Of a stretch of DNA of 64,000 bases, positions 1 through 12,621 are shown piece after piece (position 1 is the stretch's first letter; every line of letters begins with the position of its first letter). The position numbers were made by a program, and so were the translations under genes. The notes below the pieces were generated by a model, which worked only from the letters and a program-made list of their open reading frames with translations, was not told the origin of the DNA and searched no databases. Source of the DNA: Camelus ferus (taxonomy: Eukaryota); contig NC_045714.1 of assembly GCF_009834535.1 (NCBI RefSeq), forward strand, positions 15,438,001-15,502,000. The letters run 5' to 3'.

Positions 1-14
1 TGTCTGCCTCCGAG

Positions 15-40
15 TTCAGCACCGGGCATGTGGACAGCTC
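15..40 (+). promoter_or_regulatory. Candidate non-canonical RE1/NRSE (REST site): TTCAGCACC + 8-nt spacer + GGACAGCTC
   Basis: Exact left half-site at 15-23 and near-consensus right half-site at 32-40. The canonical spacer is 2 nt; longer-spaced REST sites are an established class. Confidence 0.55.
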
Positions 41-2030
41 AGAGACGAGTGGGAAGGGGCTGTTGGAAAGAGTGGGTGGTTGTGTGTTTGGTGGACGTGC
101 TGGACATTGGGCTTTTTTCCCTTTAACTAGAGGAGAAAAGGAGTAAGCATTGATGGTAGGACCTTAAACCTCTTTTTGACCTTGAAGAATGAAACATTAG
201 GGCCCCAAATCATATAATGTTCAATAGATGCAATCGAAAAGCAGGGTGGCTGCATGGACAGTCAGCAAGCAGGGCCTTCTTCCTGCTGCCGACGTGGATG
301 CTCCCGACGAGGGACGCCTGCCTCACTTGATGTGGTTAGATTTCTCCTCCCGGATAGGTGGAAATCCCATTTAAGTTGGTGTTTTACACAGATGGACACC
401 CAGACATGGCTGCTTTATCAGGGTGTCTATTTCATAGCTAAATTTTTAATTTGGGGGTTGGAGCGAGCCATGATCCCATGCTTAGAGATGTCAGGAGAAC
501 CCCTCCCAAGACACATATTAAATAATGCTCCTGAGTGTCCTTTCTGCAACCCGAGGAGAAGGCTGGTCTGTTCAGCTGCCAGTCAGCTGGATGACGGGTG
601 GCGTGTCAGAGAATTTCAGACACACGGTGGGACATCCCCTAGGGGACACGACTGTCACTGCCAGGAGCCAGGGGAGCCATGATGGCTGTCAGGAGGTGCT
701 GGAGTACAGGCTTGTGGCTTAGCCTCGGAGACCAGTGCATGGGAGCAGGATGTGAGCTGCAGGTCCTGAGGCAGCAGGACTTCTACCTCTCCAGGCTGAC
801 TTGCTGCGGCCTGCAGGTGTGTGGTCAGGTGAGGGGAGCTGGGAAGGCTGTGCAGGCAGCAGCAGCAAGCAGGGCAGAGGTTGGGGGCTCTGTAAGATTC
901 CACTGGGGTGCTTGGTGGGGGTAGGGAGTAAAGGAGCATACTTGAATACTGCTCTTAAATCCTTAAGGGGAGCTTCTCCCAGGAGTGAGAACATGGATCT
1001 GCCACAAGGCTTTGCAGCAGCCATGTGTGAGCTGCCTTGCCCTCACCTGTGCACAGGTGAGAGGGTAAAACTAGCCCAGACCGTGCCACTCCTCTGCCCC
1101 TTCCCTCCCTGGGGAAAGGGGAGACTGGGCAGGTGCTGCCCCTCCGGTTATGTCCCCCTGCCCCCCTCACTGTTTCCTTTACTGCCTGGTACCCCCCCCC
1201 CCGCCCCGACCCGCCTGGCATTGGCAGATGCTCCCCAGCCTCAGCTAGGGCTTCCGGGAGGAAAAACACCTCAGACCTCCCACAGGGACCCTATCATCAA
1301 CGTAGTCTTGTGGATTTGAAAACTTGACCTAAGTCCATTCTAATTCCTCAGCTTTGCCAGCTGTTGGAATGTGTTCTGAATAAAATGGAACAATAATCTG
1401 TCTCCTCTAGCCCAGGCCAAGTGAGTTCCCTGGGAGTCTGGACCCCCCTGAGCAACTTGTGGCTCTGGTTTCTGCTTTGATGGCTCCTGGTCACCTTCCC
1501 CAGGTCTAGGGCCTCAGAGAGGTCAGATTGTCCCCATTGGTCTGTCCATCTGCCTGTTTGCCTGTCCTTACATAATCCCTACTGAGCAGTGAATGAGGTC
1601 TCTGTAGGAGAGACACTGACCTCAAAAACATGAATGAATGAGCTTATTTCAGATGGTGGTGAGCACAGGGTGGAGAGAGGGTGGGGGCTGGGAAGACGGA
1701 GGGAGCAGGCCTGGCCACCCATGGCTGCACTCTGCTCCCCAGGTCTGGAACACCCCCACCCTGCGGCCATCCTCCCTGATCCACGGAGCCTCCCCACACC
1801 CATCCAGGCTCCCATGTCCAAGCAGCCCCTACCTCTCAAGCTCTCCCCTGACATCCTCCCTTCCCTGGAGTGAGGGACCTGTAAGTCTGGTGCTCCTCAG
1901 GCCAGGACACCCCACAGGGCCAGAGAGGCAGGACGGCGTCTAGAGCTGCTGGGGTCAGGCTTCAGTACGGACTCTGATTTTTGTCCAGCCCTCAGCCACC
2001 TCTTCAGCTGCGAAGGCCCCAGAAGAACCA

Positions 2031-2105
2031 AGAAGAAAAGAGAGTGACAGAGACAGAGAGACAGAGATAGAAACAGACAGAGATAGAAACAAAGACAGAG
2101 AGAGC
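2031..2105. repeat. Degenerate (GA/GACA/GAGACA)n purine-rich simple repeat
   Basis: AGAAGAAAAGAGAGTGACAGAGACAGAGAGACAGAGATAGAAACAGACAGAGATAGAAAC... Confidence 0.8.
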
Positions 2106-2402
2106 AAGGATGACTGAATGGGCAATAAAGAGAAGGGGGCCACCCCTCCTGAGACCACCTAAACTTGGTCTCTGAACTTGGGCAGGGCTTGGGCAGAGCT
2201 GGATTCGCTGGTGAAGGTGAAGATTGGGACAAAGCCTGTTGGGCCTCTAACTGGACACTTGTGGACACAGAGAGTTCACCCTCTCCTCTTTGTTACTGGC
2301 TGTGTGTCTGGCAGACTTCTCACAACCACACCCCAAGGGTCTACCAGTTTCAAGATTGCTTAGCACGTTCCCATTTTTGGAGTTTGTAAATCTCCAACTT
2401 AG

Positions 2403-2640
2403 GGAACTCAGCTTCGTCAAGGGTGCCGGGTGGATAGGCGTGAAAGCGGCTGATCTTTGTAACATGTCCTGTGAGAAGTGCTCACATGACCGACTTTAGT
2501 GAAAATACAAAATGGAACCAAGCAGTGACACCGTCCTGGATGAGACCATGGCCAGGACACTGGTGAAGCGAGTTCAGGGGAACAGGGAGGGACGGCGGGC
2601 CTCCCTGGTTAACAGGAGCAGCAGAACGGGCTGCATCTGC
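2403..2640 (+). other. MYT1: Candidate upstream (5'UTR or N-terminal coding) exon of MYT1; 5' boundary uncertain
   Basis: Donor TGC|GTGAGT at 2640/2641 and possible acceptor CTCCAACTTAG at 2401-2402. MYT1 needs an upstream exon because its ATG exon starts exactly at the acceptor. Not proven. Confidence 0.4.
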
Positions 2641-4549
2641 GTGAGTAGATCCCTCTCCTCCCTGTAGTTTCCTTTTGGAGACAGAGCTATCTAAGTCTTA
2701 ATTGGAGCGAAGAGCTGGTTAGGGAGCCCAGGGCAGTTGTGAGTCATGCTCCTGATGGCAGAATGCGGTTGGCGTCACAGAAATATTGTGGGCTTGTGCT
2801 TGAGAGATGGGGTAAGGGGCTGAGGTTGGCTTGGCTGTGACGGGGCCTTTCACCCTCAAGATGAGAGGCCACTCATTTTCTGTGGGCCTTCTGGAAATAG
2901 CCTTGATTGGTTTGTGCTCAGAACAGGTGGAGAGTTTTAAAAATAAGTCAGTGGAAGCTTGGGAAGTGTCTCATTGTCTTTGCACTAGGAAGTGTGTTTT
3001 CTGTGGTGCTGGGAGGTGGGGGACTGCCAGCAGGAGAGTGGGGTACAGGGCTCCCACCATACGCACGCATAGCACCAGTTGAGGGCATGCGGACAGCAGA
3101 GAACCGCCTCCGAGAAGGAAAACAACCAAGTCCAGCGGGGCAGGTTCTGCCAAGCCTCACCCAGTGCTTCCGAAGGCAGCCGCCACGCCAGTTCAAGCAG
3201 TTCGGGAGTCAGATTTCCCTGCTTCACTGTCGATGCCCAAGTGGTCCACCCGGCTCTTCCCAACTCATTCTCATGTTGAAGCACTAACCCTCGCTTTTCC
3301 TCCTGTCATTCCATGTCTTCCTTTTAAAATCGAAGCTTCCGGCAATGAAGAGACCATCTCACTTACTGACCATTGGATGCAGACAAATTGCAGGTGGAAA
3401 GGTGCTCGGCAAAGGGAATGTGCAGCTGTAGCTCCATTGAGGGGAGCTCGCGGGCTGCAGCCCTCTCCACTCTCTGCTCTTTGAGTAATTGATCTGCGGG
3501 AAATCCAAATTGCCAGGGCACGCTTTAACCTAGCAGAATGCTTGCCAATTTCCTCGGGAAAACTGACAAAAAAAATTTTTTTTTAAGAAGAGCTGTAGAT
3601 TGTATTTCAGCTGAGAGCCGCATGGAGCAGTCGGACTCATCAGCCCCTTTGTGCCGCTGCACCGGAAGCCGCTGGGCTTGGGCTCCGCGCAGACAACGTT
3701 TGAAGGCTCATAAATGTAATGAAGTCCCTTTGACACCTGCTCCGCTCTTCACTTGAAATGCAAGCCGTTGGTCCAGGGGGAACCTCCGCTTTAAAAATTG
3801 TCTTCCGTGCTGCTGGAAGGCTGTAAACGCACAGCTCAGCTCTGTGGCTCTGCAGCCGCGACTAGACAGGCTGCATAAATTATTCCAGATTTTGATGTTT
3901 CTTCCTTAACAAACCACATAAATCTTTGTATATTCGTGCTGCCCAGGGAGGGGCTCACTTTGCAAGTTCCATCTTACTAATGGGGGGGGGGTGTTAATGG
4001 GAGGATTCCCTTTCTTTGCTTCCTGGGTGGAGCTTCGGACACCGGTCTTGTGCCGGCTTTTGGGAGCTGGAGCCCCCTCTTGCTCCTGTCCCACCGTCTG
4101 GCTGTGACTTTGATGGCCTCAGCTGTGGCCCAGGACAGGTGGGAAGAGTCCTCTCCCATCTCTAACTCACTGTCACCTGCCTGCCCAGGTTTGTCCCTGG
4201 AGACCCAGGAGAAGGATTCTGTGTGCTGACCTGTGGCCCTTGGGGGCGTCCCTGTCTGATCCTCGTCCCCAGGTTTTGCCCTCCTGGGGGCTCTCCCTCC
4301 ACTCCCTTGAAGGACCATGTGGGTAACATCCCCAGTGGAAGTGAGTCTGGGGCAGAGCATGTGGGGTGGGAGCTCTGATGGATTCAGGTGGGGTGGCCAG
4401 AGGACATGCAGGGTCCCCCTCAGGAGGCTCCACTCATCCTTCCTGGGAGAAGTGTCACCTTTGGGAGGGTGGCCCGTGAGTCGAGCCTAGATGACCCTTG
4501 GCCTGCATTCCTGCCTTAGCTTGGCTCTCACCCCAGTCTGCCTCCCACC

Positions 4550-4830
4550 TCTGGAGCCAGCGTAGTGGCCACAGGTACTTGGCATGTGGTTGGTCGAACT
4601 CAGATGGGCTGTGAGTCCAGGAGACATGAGGAATTTCTAAGAGTTGGCACGAAACAAAATCTCATTCATATTTTTTATATTGATACTGTTGAAATTATAA
4701 TGTTTTGGATAGGTTGGTCTAAGTAAGGTTTAGAATTAAAATTAATTCCACCCATTTCTTTTTACATTTTAATGTGATTATTAGAGAATTTTACATGATG
4801 TGGATGACTTGCACTCTTTTTCACTGGGTG
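4550..4830. mobile_element. MER33/MER3-like hAT-Charlie DNA transposon fossil
   Basis: AT-rich block resembling the recalled MER33 consensus (ATCTCATTCATATTTTTTATATTGATACTGTTGAAATTATAATGTTTTGGATA...AAAATTAATTCCACCCATTTCTTTTTAC). Confidence 0.65.
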
Positions 4831-5484
4831 GTGGTGCCTGGAGGCCCCTGTGCCTGCAGGAGCTCACATGGGGGGTCTGGACTCATGTGGGGATGGTTGG
4901 GTCTCTGGGCTCAGGCTGCCCCCCCTTGGGCTCTCCCTGGTACAGTACATGGTAGAAACGGAAGCCATTGACCTCTGGATGCTTTGCGGAGGCCCGCCCG
5001 GGTCCCAGCCTCCTGTTGCTAACAAGACAACCCCAGTGTGCTTGGGTCAACAACTCCCAGGGGAAGCTGGGCTCTGGCGCACAGTGTGGTCAGAGTTAGT
5101 GTTGGGCGACCTGCCCTGCCCTGCCCTGCCCACTGTGAGCAGAGGATGGTGTCGCCAGGAGACCACGTGTTACCAAACCTCGACACTAATGAAGGTCTGG
5201 TGGGTGTAGCTTCCTCCTCGGATGTGGACCTGGGGCAGCAGTAGAGTCAGAACAGGAGACGGGGGATCGTCTAGGGCTGGTGGTCTCTGCCCTGAAGTCC
5301 CTCCTCCCTGCCTGCTGCTCCCAGGTCCACAGGCCTTTCTTGCCTTGTGAGCCCATTTCTTGTTCTGGGTCACAGATTCACATGTACCCCAAAGCCTGAG
5401 CCAGGAAACCACCCAGGTGACGCCATAGCCTCCCAGGGTGGTCCTGCTGGTTTCCGCTGACAGCTCTGTTGTTTTCACTCGCAG

Positions 5485-5539
5485 ATGAGTTTGGAAAACG
5501 AGGAAAAGAGAGCTCGAACAAGATCCAAGGCCCTCCGAG
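5485..5539 (+). CDS. MYT1: MYT1 coding exon 3 (start; MSLENEEKRARTRSKALR-), 55 nt
   Basis: TTTTCACTCGCAG|ATG...CGAG|GTGAGT; matches the MYT1 N-terminus MSLENEDKRARTRSKALR. Confidence 0.97.
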
Positions 5540-6462
5540 GTGAGTTCTGCACCCCTCCCACCAGGGTCTGGCCTGGGTAGCCCAAAGCCCAGCTCTGGCC
5601 CAGAGACCCAGGTCCTGAAGCTGTAAAGGCCATGTCCCCCAACAGTTTTCCTCAGGAAGACAGACCCCACAGCCGCGCCTAAGGCCCCAGGACACTGCCT
5701 CCCTACGCTGGGTGCCTGGGGTCTGAGGCGCCTGGAGGCCTCAAGCCTCTTCAGCCTCTGGGTGCCTGAGAGGGCCGCGGGGTAAGGGTGGGGGCCGTCT
5801 TGCCAGACACACCTGCTGGGTTGGAGATAAGGAGGCAGAGCCTGGTTAGACCTGTTCTGTCTGGAAAGGAGAGGCCGCCAGCCTCTGCCTCCTAGGATGT
5901 CAGTCTTGGTGCCGGTGCCGGGAGGTTGGGGCAGTGTTGAGTCCAACCAGCAGTGGGGTGGGGAGGGGCCAAGGCCCTGTTTGCTCTGCAAGGACGAGCC
6001 TTGCCCCCTGCACCACAGCGCCCAGCTGGGCGAGGGTCTTGTGCTCTGAGCGCCCCCATGGCCCCATCACTGAGGGACCAGCTGCTTGGACCCCCATTCT
6101 CTTCTCTGTCCAGCTCTATCTGGTGGGTCCTGTTTCCTGCCAGGCGCTGACCCCTGCCTGCAGTCAGAGGAGGAGACAGTGCCCTGGCCTGAGCGCCCAG
6201 GGAGCCTGCCTTGGGTGGGCCATCTGTTCCAGTCCACAAAACCACCAGCCCCCAGGGGAGGGTCTGGCAGAACATGGGCTTGGAGAGAGGCAGCTGGCGC
6301 TGGGGGCCCTGGAGGACATGCTAGGAGGTCAAGGATTACTGGGGGGGCAGGTCCTATGGGGGGGCGCCTCCATTTTTCACTCTACTTGTGCTGCAGGGCA
6401 ACGTGCCTTTTCAGTTCTAACTCCCACATGCGTTTCCCTGTTTCTCTGTTTCTCTCACTCAG

Positions 6463-6493
6463 CTCCCCTAGAGCCCACAGGTGCTGACCTCAG
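6463..6493 (+). CDS. MYT1: MYT1 exon 4 (A-PLEPTGADL-S), 31 nt
   Basis: Long pyrimidine tract, CTCAG|CTCCC...CTCAG|GTAAGA; phase 1 to phase 2 fits the neighbouring exons; homologous to GPPETTAADLS. Confidence 0.95.
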
Positions 6494-8034
6494 GTAAGAA
6501 AGGCTTTTTGCCAGCATCAAGCATGGTGCATCCCTGGGACCCGGACATCCTAAATGTCCCACACTAGGCACTTGGAATTGGCCAGCTGCGCCCGAGCCTG
6601 TTTCCCTAAGCAGGCCCCTCTCTTCCTTGCCTGTGTCCAGTGTCTGCATCCCGCCTCTGTCCTGGCCCCACCGTGCGGTCGAACTTGCGCAGGGATGCCC
6701 ACACCTGGTCACCACCAGGACCTGACAGCCACCACTGTCAGGTTCCCAGCCAACAGCAAGGCTCTCACAAATGCTTGTATGTCAGATGGTCTGAAGCCCC
6801 GTTCGGGCAGAGACGAGGGGTCAGGCTGTCCCATGTCCTGAGTCTTCCACTGACTCAAGGTGCAGACAGTGGTCTGTGTGCTGGCCGAGCTTGATGACTT
6901 TCCAGATTCCCGGTCGGTCTCACAGGGACATGCACTCCGAGGAGGAAGGAGGGCAGACACATAGCAGTTTGCTGGGTTGAGACAGGAGGGTCTGGGCCCT
7001 CCTCCCCAGAGGTCGACTTGCCCTCGCCTGCTGGCTTCTGCCCTGGGCTTGGCCAACACCTTTGTGTGGGAGGCTGGGGGTGCTGGGAGGCCAGAGAGAA
7101 AGCCACTCCAATGTCTACAACTTGGGGCTGCCCCAGTACCACTCCACACAGCCTTCCAACTGCAGGCCTGTGGGCCTGGGCTCTTCCTGGGGTCTCCACT
7201 GGCAGCCTCGGGTGCCGACTTGCCCAGGCAGAACTCCAGTGAATGGTGTCCAGTGACTGGCAAAGAAAACCAGGCCCTCACGCCCCCATTTTCTGAGGAA
7301 GGGTGCCACTGCGTCTGGCTCAAAGCACTGGAGGAGGAGGGAGGGGGTGCCAGGTGGGCACTGGGTGCCTCATTTAATTTTTACAAATTCTTGTGAGATG
7401 GGGCCAGGCTTGAACTGTGGTTGAGATAACCTGCCTGAGGCTCGTCCTTGGAGGAATGAAGGGGCTCGGAGCCCACCCTCCTTCCCCTGTGGCAGCTCTG
7501 GCTCTGAGTACACCATGGTGCCCGTCACCCAGTGCCCGGAAACAGCTGCTCTGCCCACGCTGTGGGGTCAGGGTGACACGAGGGGTTGAGGGTGACAGCC
7601 ACATCTTGATGGACACTTCTGTGGGCTTGCAGGCTCGTGGGTGGAGACAGACAGAGCAGTCCAGTTACTGAGGGTGGATGCTCCCTCTGCCCCGGGCCTG
7701 GAACAGCTCTGGCCACATAAGTGCATGATTCTGGGGTATCTGCTGCTTCTAAAATTCTTAGGGGTGACGGTTCTCACTAAACAGTGAGCACATCCGGGGC
7801 TGGGACCGTCTCATTCTCCACCAGAGAGACTGTTGCATGGATGGTTTTTGCCAATCAGGAGAACAAGAGGACCCCAGATCACTCTAGCGCGCCTCCAGCC
7901 TTTGAGGCTGTAACTTGGAGATGGAAGGGAAGCGCGCAGGAGGGATGCCCGGAGCCCCGGGCACCGGGCAGCTCTGCAGTGGCTGCGAAGTGCTGTCTGA
8001 TCTCAGGGATCCTCACGGAAGCTCTGCCGGGTGG

Positions 8035-8120
8035 TGGTATTGTCTCACTTGTGAAGGGGGAAACTGAGGCTCAGAGGGTTAAAGTTCATGCAGCCGGAAT
8101 AGCTGAATCACAGGGCGGGA
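8035..8120 (-). mobile_element. MIR SINE fragment
   Basis: GGGGAAACTGAGGCTCAGAGGGTTAAAG, the MIR core in reverse orientation. Confidence 0.6.
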
Positions 8121-11100
8121 GGGTGAGGGTGGGGCAGCAGCCAAGCTGGGCCACGGCGGGTCCACAGAGCACTGTGGGGAGCTCCCTGTGTGGCGGGGTC
8201 CTGTGGGCAAACCACTGGAGAAGATGCTGCGTGGTGCTCAGAGAGGCCATGGCATACAGGGAGGAGAGAAGGCTTCCAGGAGGAGGTGCTGCTTCTCCAT
8301 GTGACGTTCACCTGGGGACATCTTGGGGACAATAAGGGGAAGGAGGCTGTGCACAGGACTCGAGTTTTGGTAACAGCAGTTAATTTTGGCTCAGGTGAAG
8401 TAATGGGGGAAGTTGGAAAGGCAAACCCAAAGGGCTAGGTTTCTCTCGAAGCTTTGAAGCAAAAATAACTCTCAAAATAGATTTGTTTTGAAATATTCTG
8501 AGAGAGGACCTGATAGTGTAAGTACGGGGATGACGTGGGCATCTGGACTGTGTCCACCTTCATTAATCTTGCGGTCTCAACCTGTTTACTTGGCAAGAGT
8601 GAGACCCATAAGTTTTGATGGAGAAACTGGGCACAGAGGCATTGACATGTTCTAGAAACAGTGTCTTCAGCAATTCTTCAAGTTTTTGAGAATCAGTGCT
8701 TAGAGGAAAATGGATCAGGCTGTGCCAAGGAGCACATGTACTCTGCATGGAAGGGGCCCCTCACTCCTGTGTCACAACCACCTGTTGTCCACGAGGTGCA
8801 TGTGGGGTGCGGCCCGTGGGAGGGTTCACGCTGTGGAAAGGGGCAGAGGCTGCCTGCAGGCTCCTCCCCTCAGCACACCAGGGGCTGTGGTCAGACAAGT
8901 GGACGAGACCCTGTCCTGGTGGGGCGTACGCCCCCAGTGCCTACCCAACCCTGGTTGAGACCCACCGAGGAAACTCACCGCTGTGACTCAAAGGACCCAT
9001 TCGGACCACCTGAAGGGAGGAAGGGTCATGGTGGAGCCGCCTGAGCAGGACTCAGTTCATGGACAAGGGACTTGCACCCGTGGTCCCAGAGGCTGCAGTC
9101 GGCCTCTCACCCCTGCCCCTTCCCCAGCTCAGCCACGTGCCTTCAGCTCAGTGGTTGTGGGGGGTGAGCTGAAAGCGGTCACTCTGGAACAGGCAGGAAT
9201 CCCAGCTGCCCCCAAGCCCTGGCCCCCTTCAAGTCTTGCTCTGACTTTCACATGATTCCTGAGATAAAACAAGTGGGTCTGGGCCTTTCCCTTGGCACCA
9301 GTGTAGAACCACAGACATCTCTGCTGGCCCCCTGGGCCCATCCGCTGTCACACAGCTGCTACAGCCACTGGAGGCGGGTTAGGTGGGGGTGGGGTGGTGC
9401 CACCCTTCTGTGCAGAAGGAAGTGGGCAGACCCCTCTGGAGTGTCTTTGGGACATCTCCAGGTTCTGGGAGGGACGTCTGCCCTCCTGTCCTCACCTGAG
9501 GGCTTCTTCCTTGAGCCGGCGGCCAGCTCCCACCTAGGGGTCAGCCTGAGTAGGGAGTCCTCTACCTGCCTCCAGGGGCGGAGGGGTGGGAAGCCAGTCT
9601 CTTCCAGGGGCTCCCGCTGGGATGAGCTCCTCCTGGCCTTGGTCTTGGGCCCTCAGAGCAGTCACCTGGACCCTGCGTGGTGCTACCTGTGGGCAGGCCC
9701 TCGGGGAGCTTACCTGCCCACTCCTGTCTCTGCCACACTCAGAGCCATGCTGGTGAGTCGGGGGAGGGCTTGGCTGGGTCTTCCTCCCCCAGCGATGAAA
9801 GAGGCTCCAGAGGCCCAGAACCAGGGCTTGTGCCTCACCCTGCCCTCTGGCCCCGCGCACTCAGGGAACCATTCGAGCACTGGGGGTCCCTGTAGGGTAG
9901 CCTGCGGGTGCTGCCCTGCTGGGGCCAGGGCTGGGTCTCATGTCAGTGATGCTCTGGGCCACCCTGTGGGGAGCAGGGGATGTCCGGCTTCCTCTCCCAG
10001 AGTAGCCCTAGCCAGCTCTGAACATGGAGGCTCACAGCACGCCCGCTGTCCCCCGAGGGGCTGGAAGCCAGGACCCCTCTGAACTGGTGGGCGGAGGTGG
10101 GACTTGGAGCAGGTGACGTGTTTGGGGGCAGTGCCAGTGCCCCACAGGCCTCCACAGCAGCTGGCACCTAATTGCCTGATTAACTCAGTGATTAATCGAC
10201 TAATTGGGACCTCAGCTTCAAATCCCCGATAACAAGGAGCTTTTGTGGAGTCTCAAACTAGTTCTTGAGAAAGTGACAGCAAGTGTGGGGCGTAGATTCC
10301 AGAATGGAGAGGCTGTGGGCAGCAGGGAGTCCTCTGGGTCTGGAGAGGAAACAGACAGCAATGTTTGCACGTCTTCCCCCTCCCCCTCCTCCCCTCCCCT
10401 TGCCCCCCAGCCTCCCCCCCCCCCCAACCGTCTGCCCCTGAGCTTTCCTCTCCTCCTCTAAACACCAGGAGCATCAGCCCTGGGATGAGCCCTGGTGGCC
10501 GCACCGTGGAGGGCTGTGGGCTGTGGGAGGAGCTGGGGGCCGGGCTCTGTCCTCAGACTGTTCTGTTCCTCCCTGGCAGGTTGGGTCGGGTCGGCGTGTT
10601 GGTGGGTGTGGCCTTCCAGCCGGCTGCACCCCACAGTCATCTGCGGTCAGGCTCATGATCAATCAGATTAGAAACTGTCGGGGTGTCTGGATACAGGTCC
10701 CGAGTGGTGCCTCTTTTGGGGTCCCAGGCGGCCACAGGTGTTGGTGGGGCAGCACAACCCTTCCTTCCCGGGTTCTAGGACAGCCTGATCTGAGGTGGGG
10801 AGCTCAGACCCCATGATGTTCACCCCGTCACAGGGTCATCCCTTCTTGGATGGGGGCACCGTGGTGCCCCCTTCCAGGAGGAGCTTGGGCTCCCCTCCCC
10901 CAGGCTCTCCGTCTCAGCATCGGTCTGCCGCTCTGTAACACGAGGTGGTGCCAGCTTCCCGCAGTCCTGGTCCATGGATGTGCCCAAAGGCCCGAGCTGG
11001 GACCCTGGCCTTGAGCCCCACGTGGCCCCTTGGGGAGCTGACTTCTAGGGAAGTGGTTTGAGTGGTCCCTGCCCATGATCAGAAGTTTCCAGAACTTACC

Positions 11101-11735
11101 ACCATTTGGTTCTGTGGGGAGACAGTTGATGGTGGGGGGAGAGGAACTCCTGAAGTCTTATCTCTGTCGCAGTGTGGGAGCTGCCAGAGGCCAGGCATCG
11201 CCCTCAGCCAGGTCTCACGGCAGCGCCTGGATTGTGGGCCCTCCTGGTCTCACGTGCCTCCGCAGGAAGCTGGAGTCACAGCAGGGTGCGGGTTCTGGGG
11301 TGGGGTCTTTGCCGCCGAACCACGCCCACCTCCAGCTGGGCCCTTGGCTCCAGCCAAAGCTGCAGGTCTGCAGAGCTGTTTCTGCCTGGGGGCAAGGGCT
11401 GTAGAGACCCTGTCCTCAGTAGCTGTGGACCTCTCAGCTGCCTGACGGCCTGGAGAATTTGTTTGTGTTCTGTCCTTGGGCTTCAGGTGCTGGCTCTGGG
11501 GCCACATCCGAGGGTCCTGGTCCCTGCCCCTTGAAAGCCTGGTGGCAGTTTGCCTGCAGTGGGAAAGACTCACCCGTGAAGAAAGGAAGACGTCCAGTCT
11601 TGATCTCATGCATACAGATCTTTAATTAAACACACTCATGAAATTGTAATGAGCCATTCATTTATTTAAATGGGGTGAATTATTTCATTAATTTTTAGCA
11701 AACTGCAAGCAGCTGTTCTGAGATGAACTATTTAG

Positions 11736-11879
<144 letters not shown>

Positions 11880-12621
11880 TAAGGAGGCCTGTGGCCCTGA
11901 CCAGGTTCCTGCGGAAGAGGTTGGGCTGCTGGGGGCCTTTCGTGGATCTAGATCTTTCCATCTCTGCTCTCGGCTGCTGAGCCACGCTGTCCTCGCACTT
12001 GACCCCATTTCCGTGAGGCCAAGCAGGGCCATCCGGGAGTCTCCCCACAGGGGTTGCTGTGAGGCCGGAAGAGTCCACGTGGGAATGCTCAGAGCAGACC
12101 CAGCACACACTGTGGTGCCTGGCTGAGCTGCCCCCGGGCTCCAACTGTTGTTGCTCCAGAGGTCAGCATGCCCTCAGGGCCCCCGTGTGCAGCACCAGGT
12201 TCAGAGGATGGGTGAGGGTGGGAAGAGTCTGCAGGTGGAGAAGGAAGGGCCCAGGTGCTCCGGGCTTGCTTGTGGGGAAGTAGGCAGGGTCTGACCAGGG
12301 CATGGAGCCAACAGCCTGGGCCGGCCCCCCGACCCCAGCCACCCCGGGGGAGTGACTCTGCATGGACGGGACCCACTGAGGTCTTCTGAGACAAGCAGGA
12401 AGTGAAATTTCAAGCCCAATCAGGTGCTTTTTAATGTGGACAATTAATGTAAAATTTTGAACACATCAACGTGCCAGGCATGAGTTTGGGGCTTCAGGCT
12501 TCGGGGCAGTGACGAGAGGCGGAGAGAACTTTCCCAGCAGGGAAGGCGGCTGCAGAGGGTGAGAGCAGGAGGGAGGGCCCCGGGAGGTGCTGACGGGGCA
12601 GCCCGGCCCTGTCCCCCCCAG

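Noticed and set aside
795-1426. Small AG...GT pairs (795-828 with CAG|GTGAGG; 1411-1420 with CAA|GTGAGT) as MYT1 5' exons
   Set aside because: Indistinguishable from background splice-like signals without transcript data.
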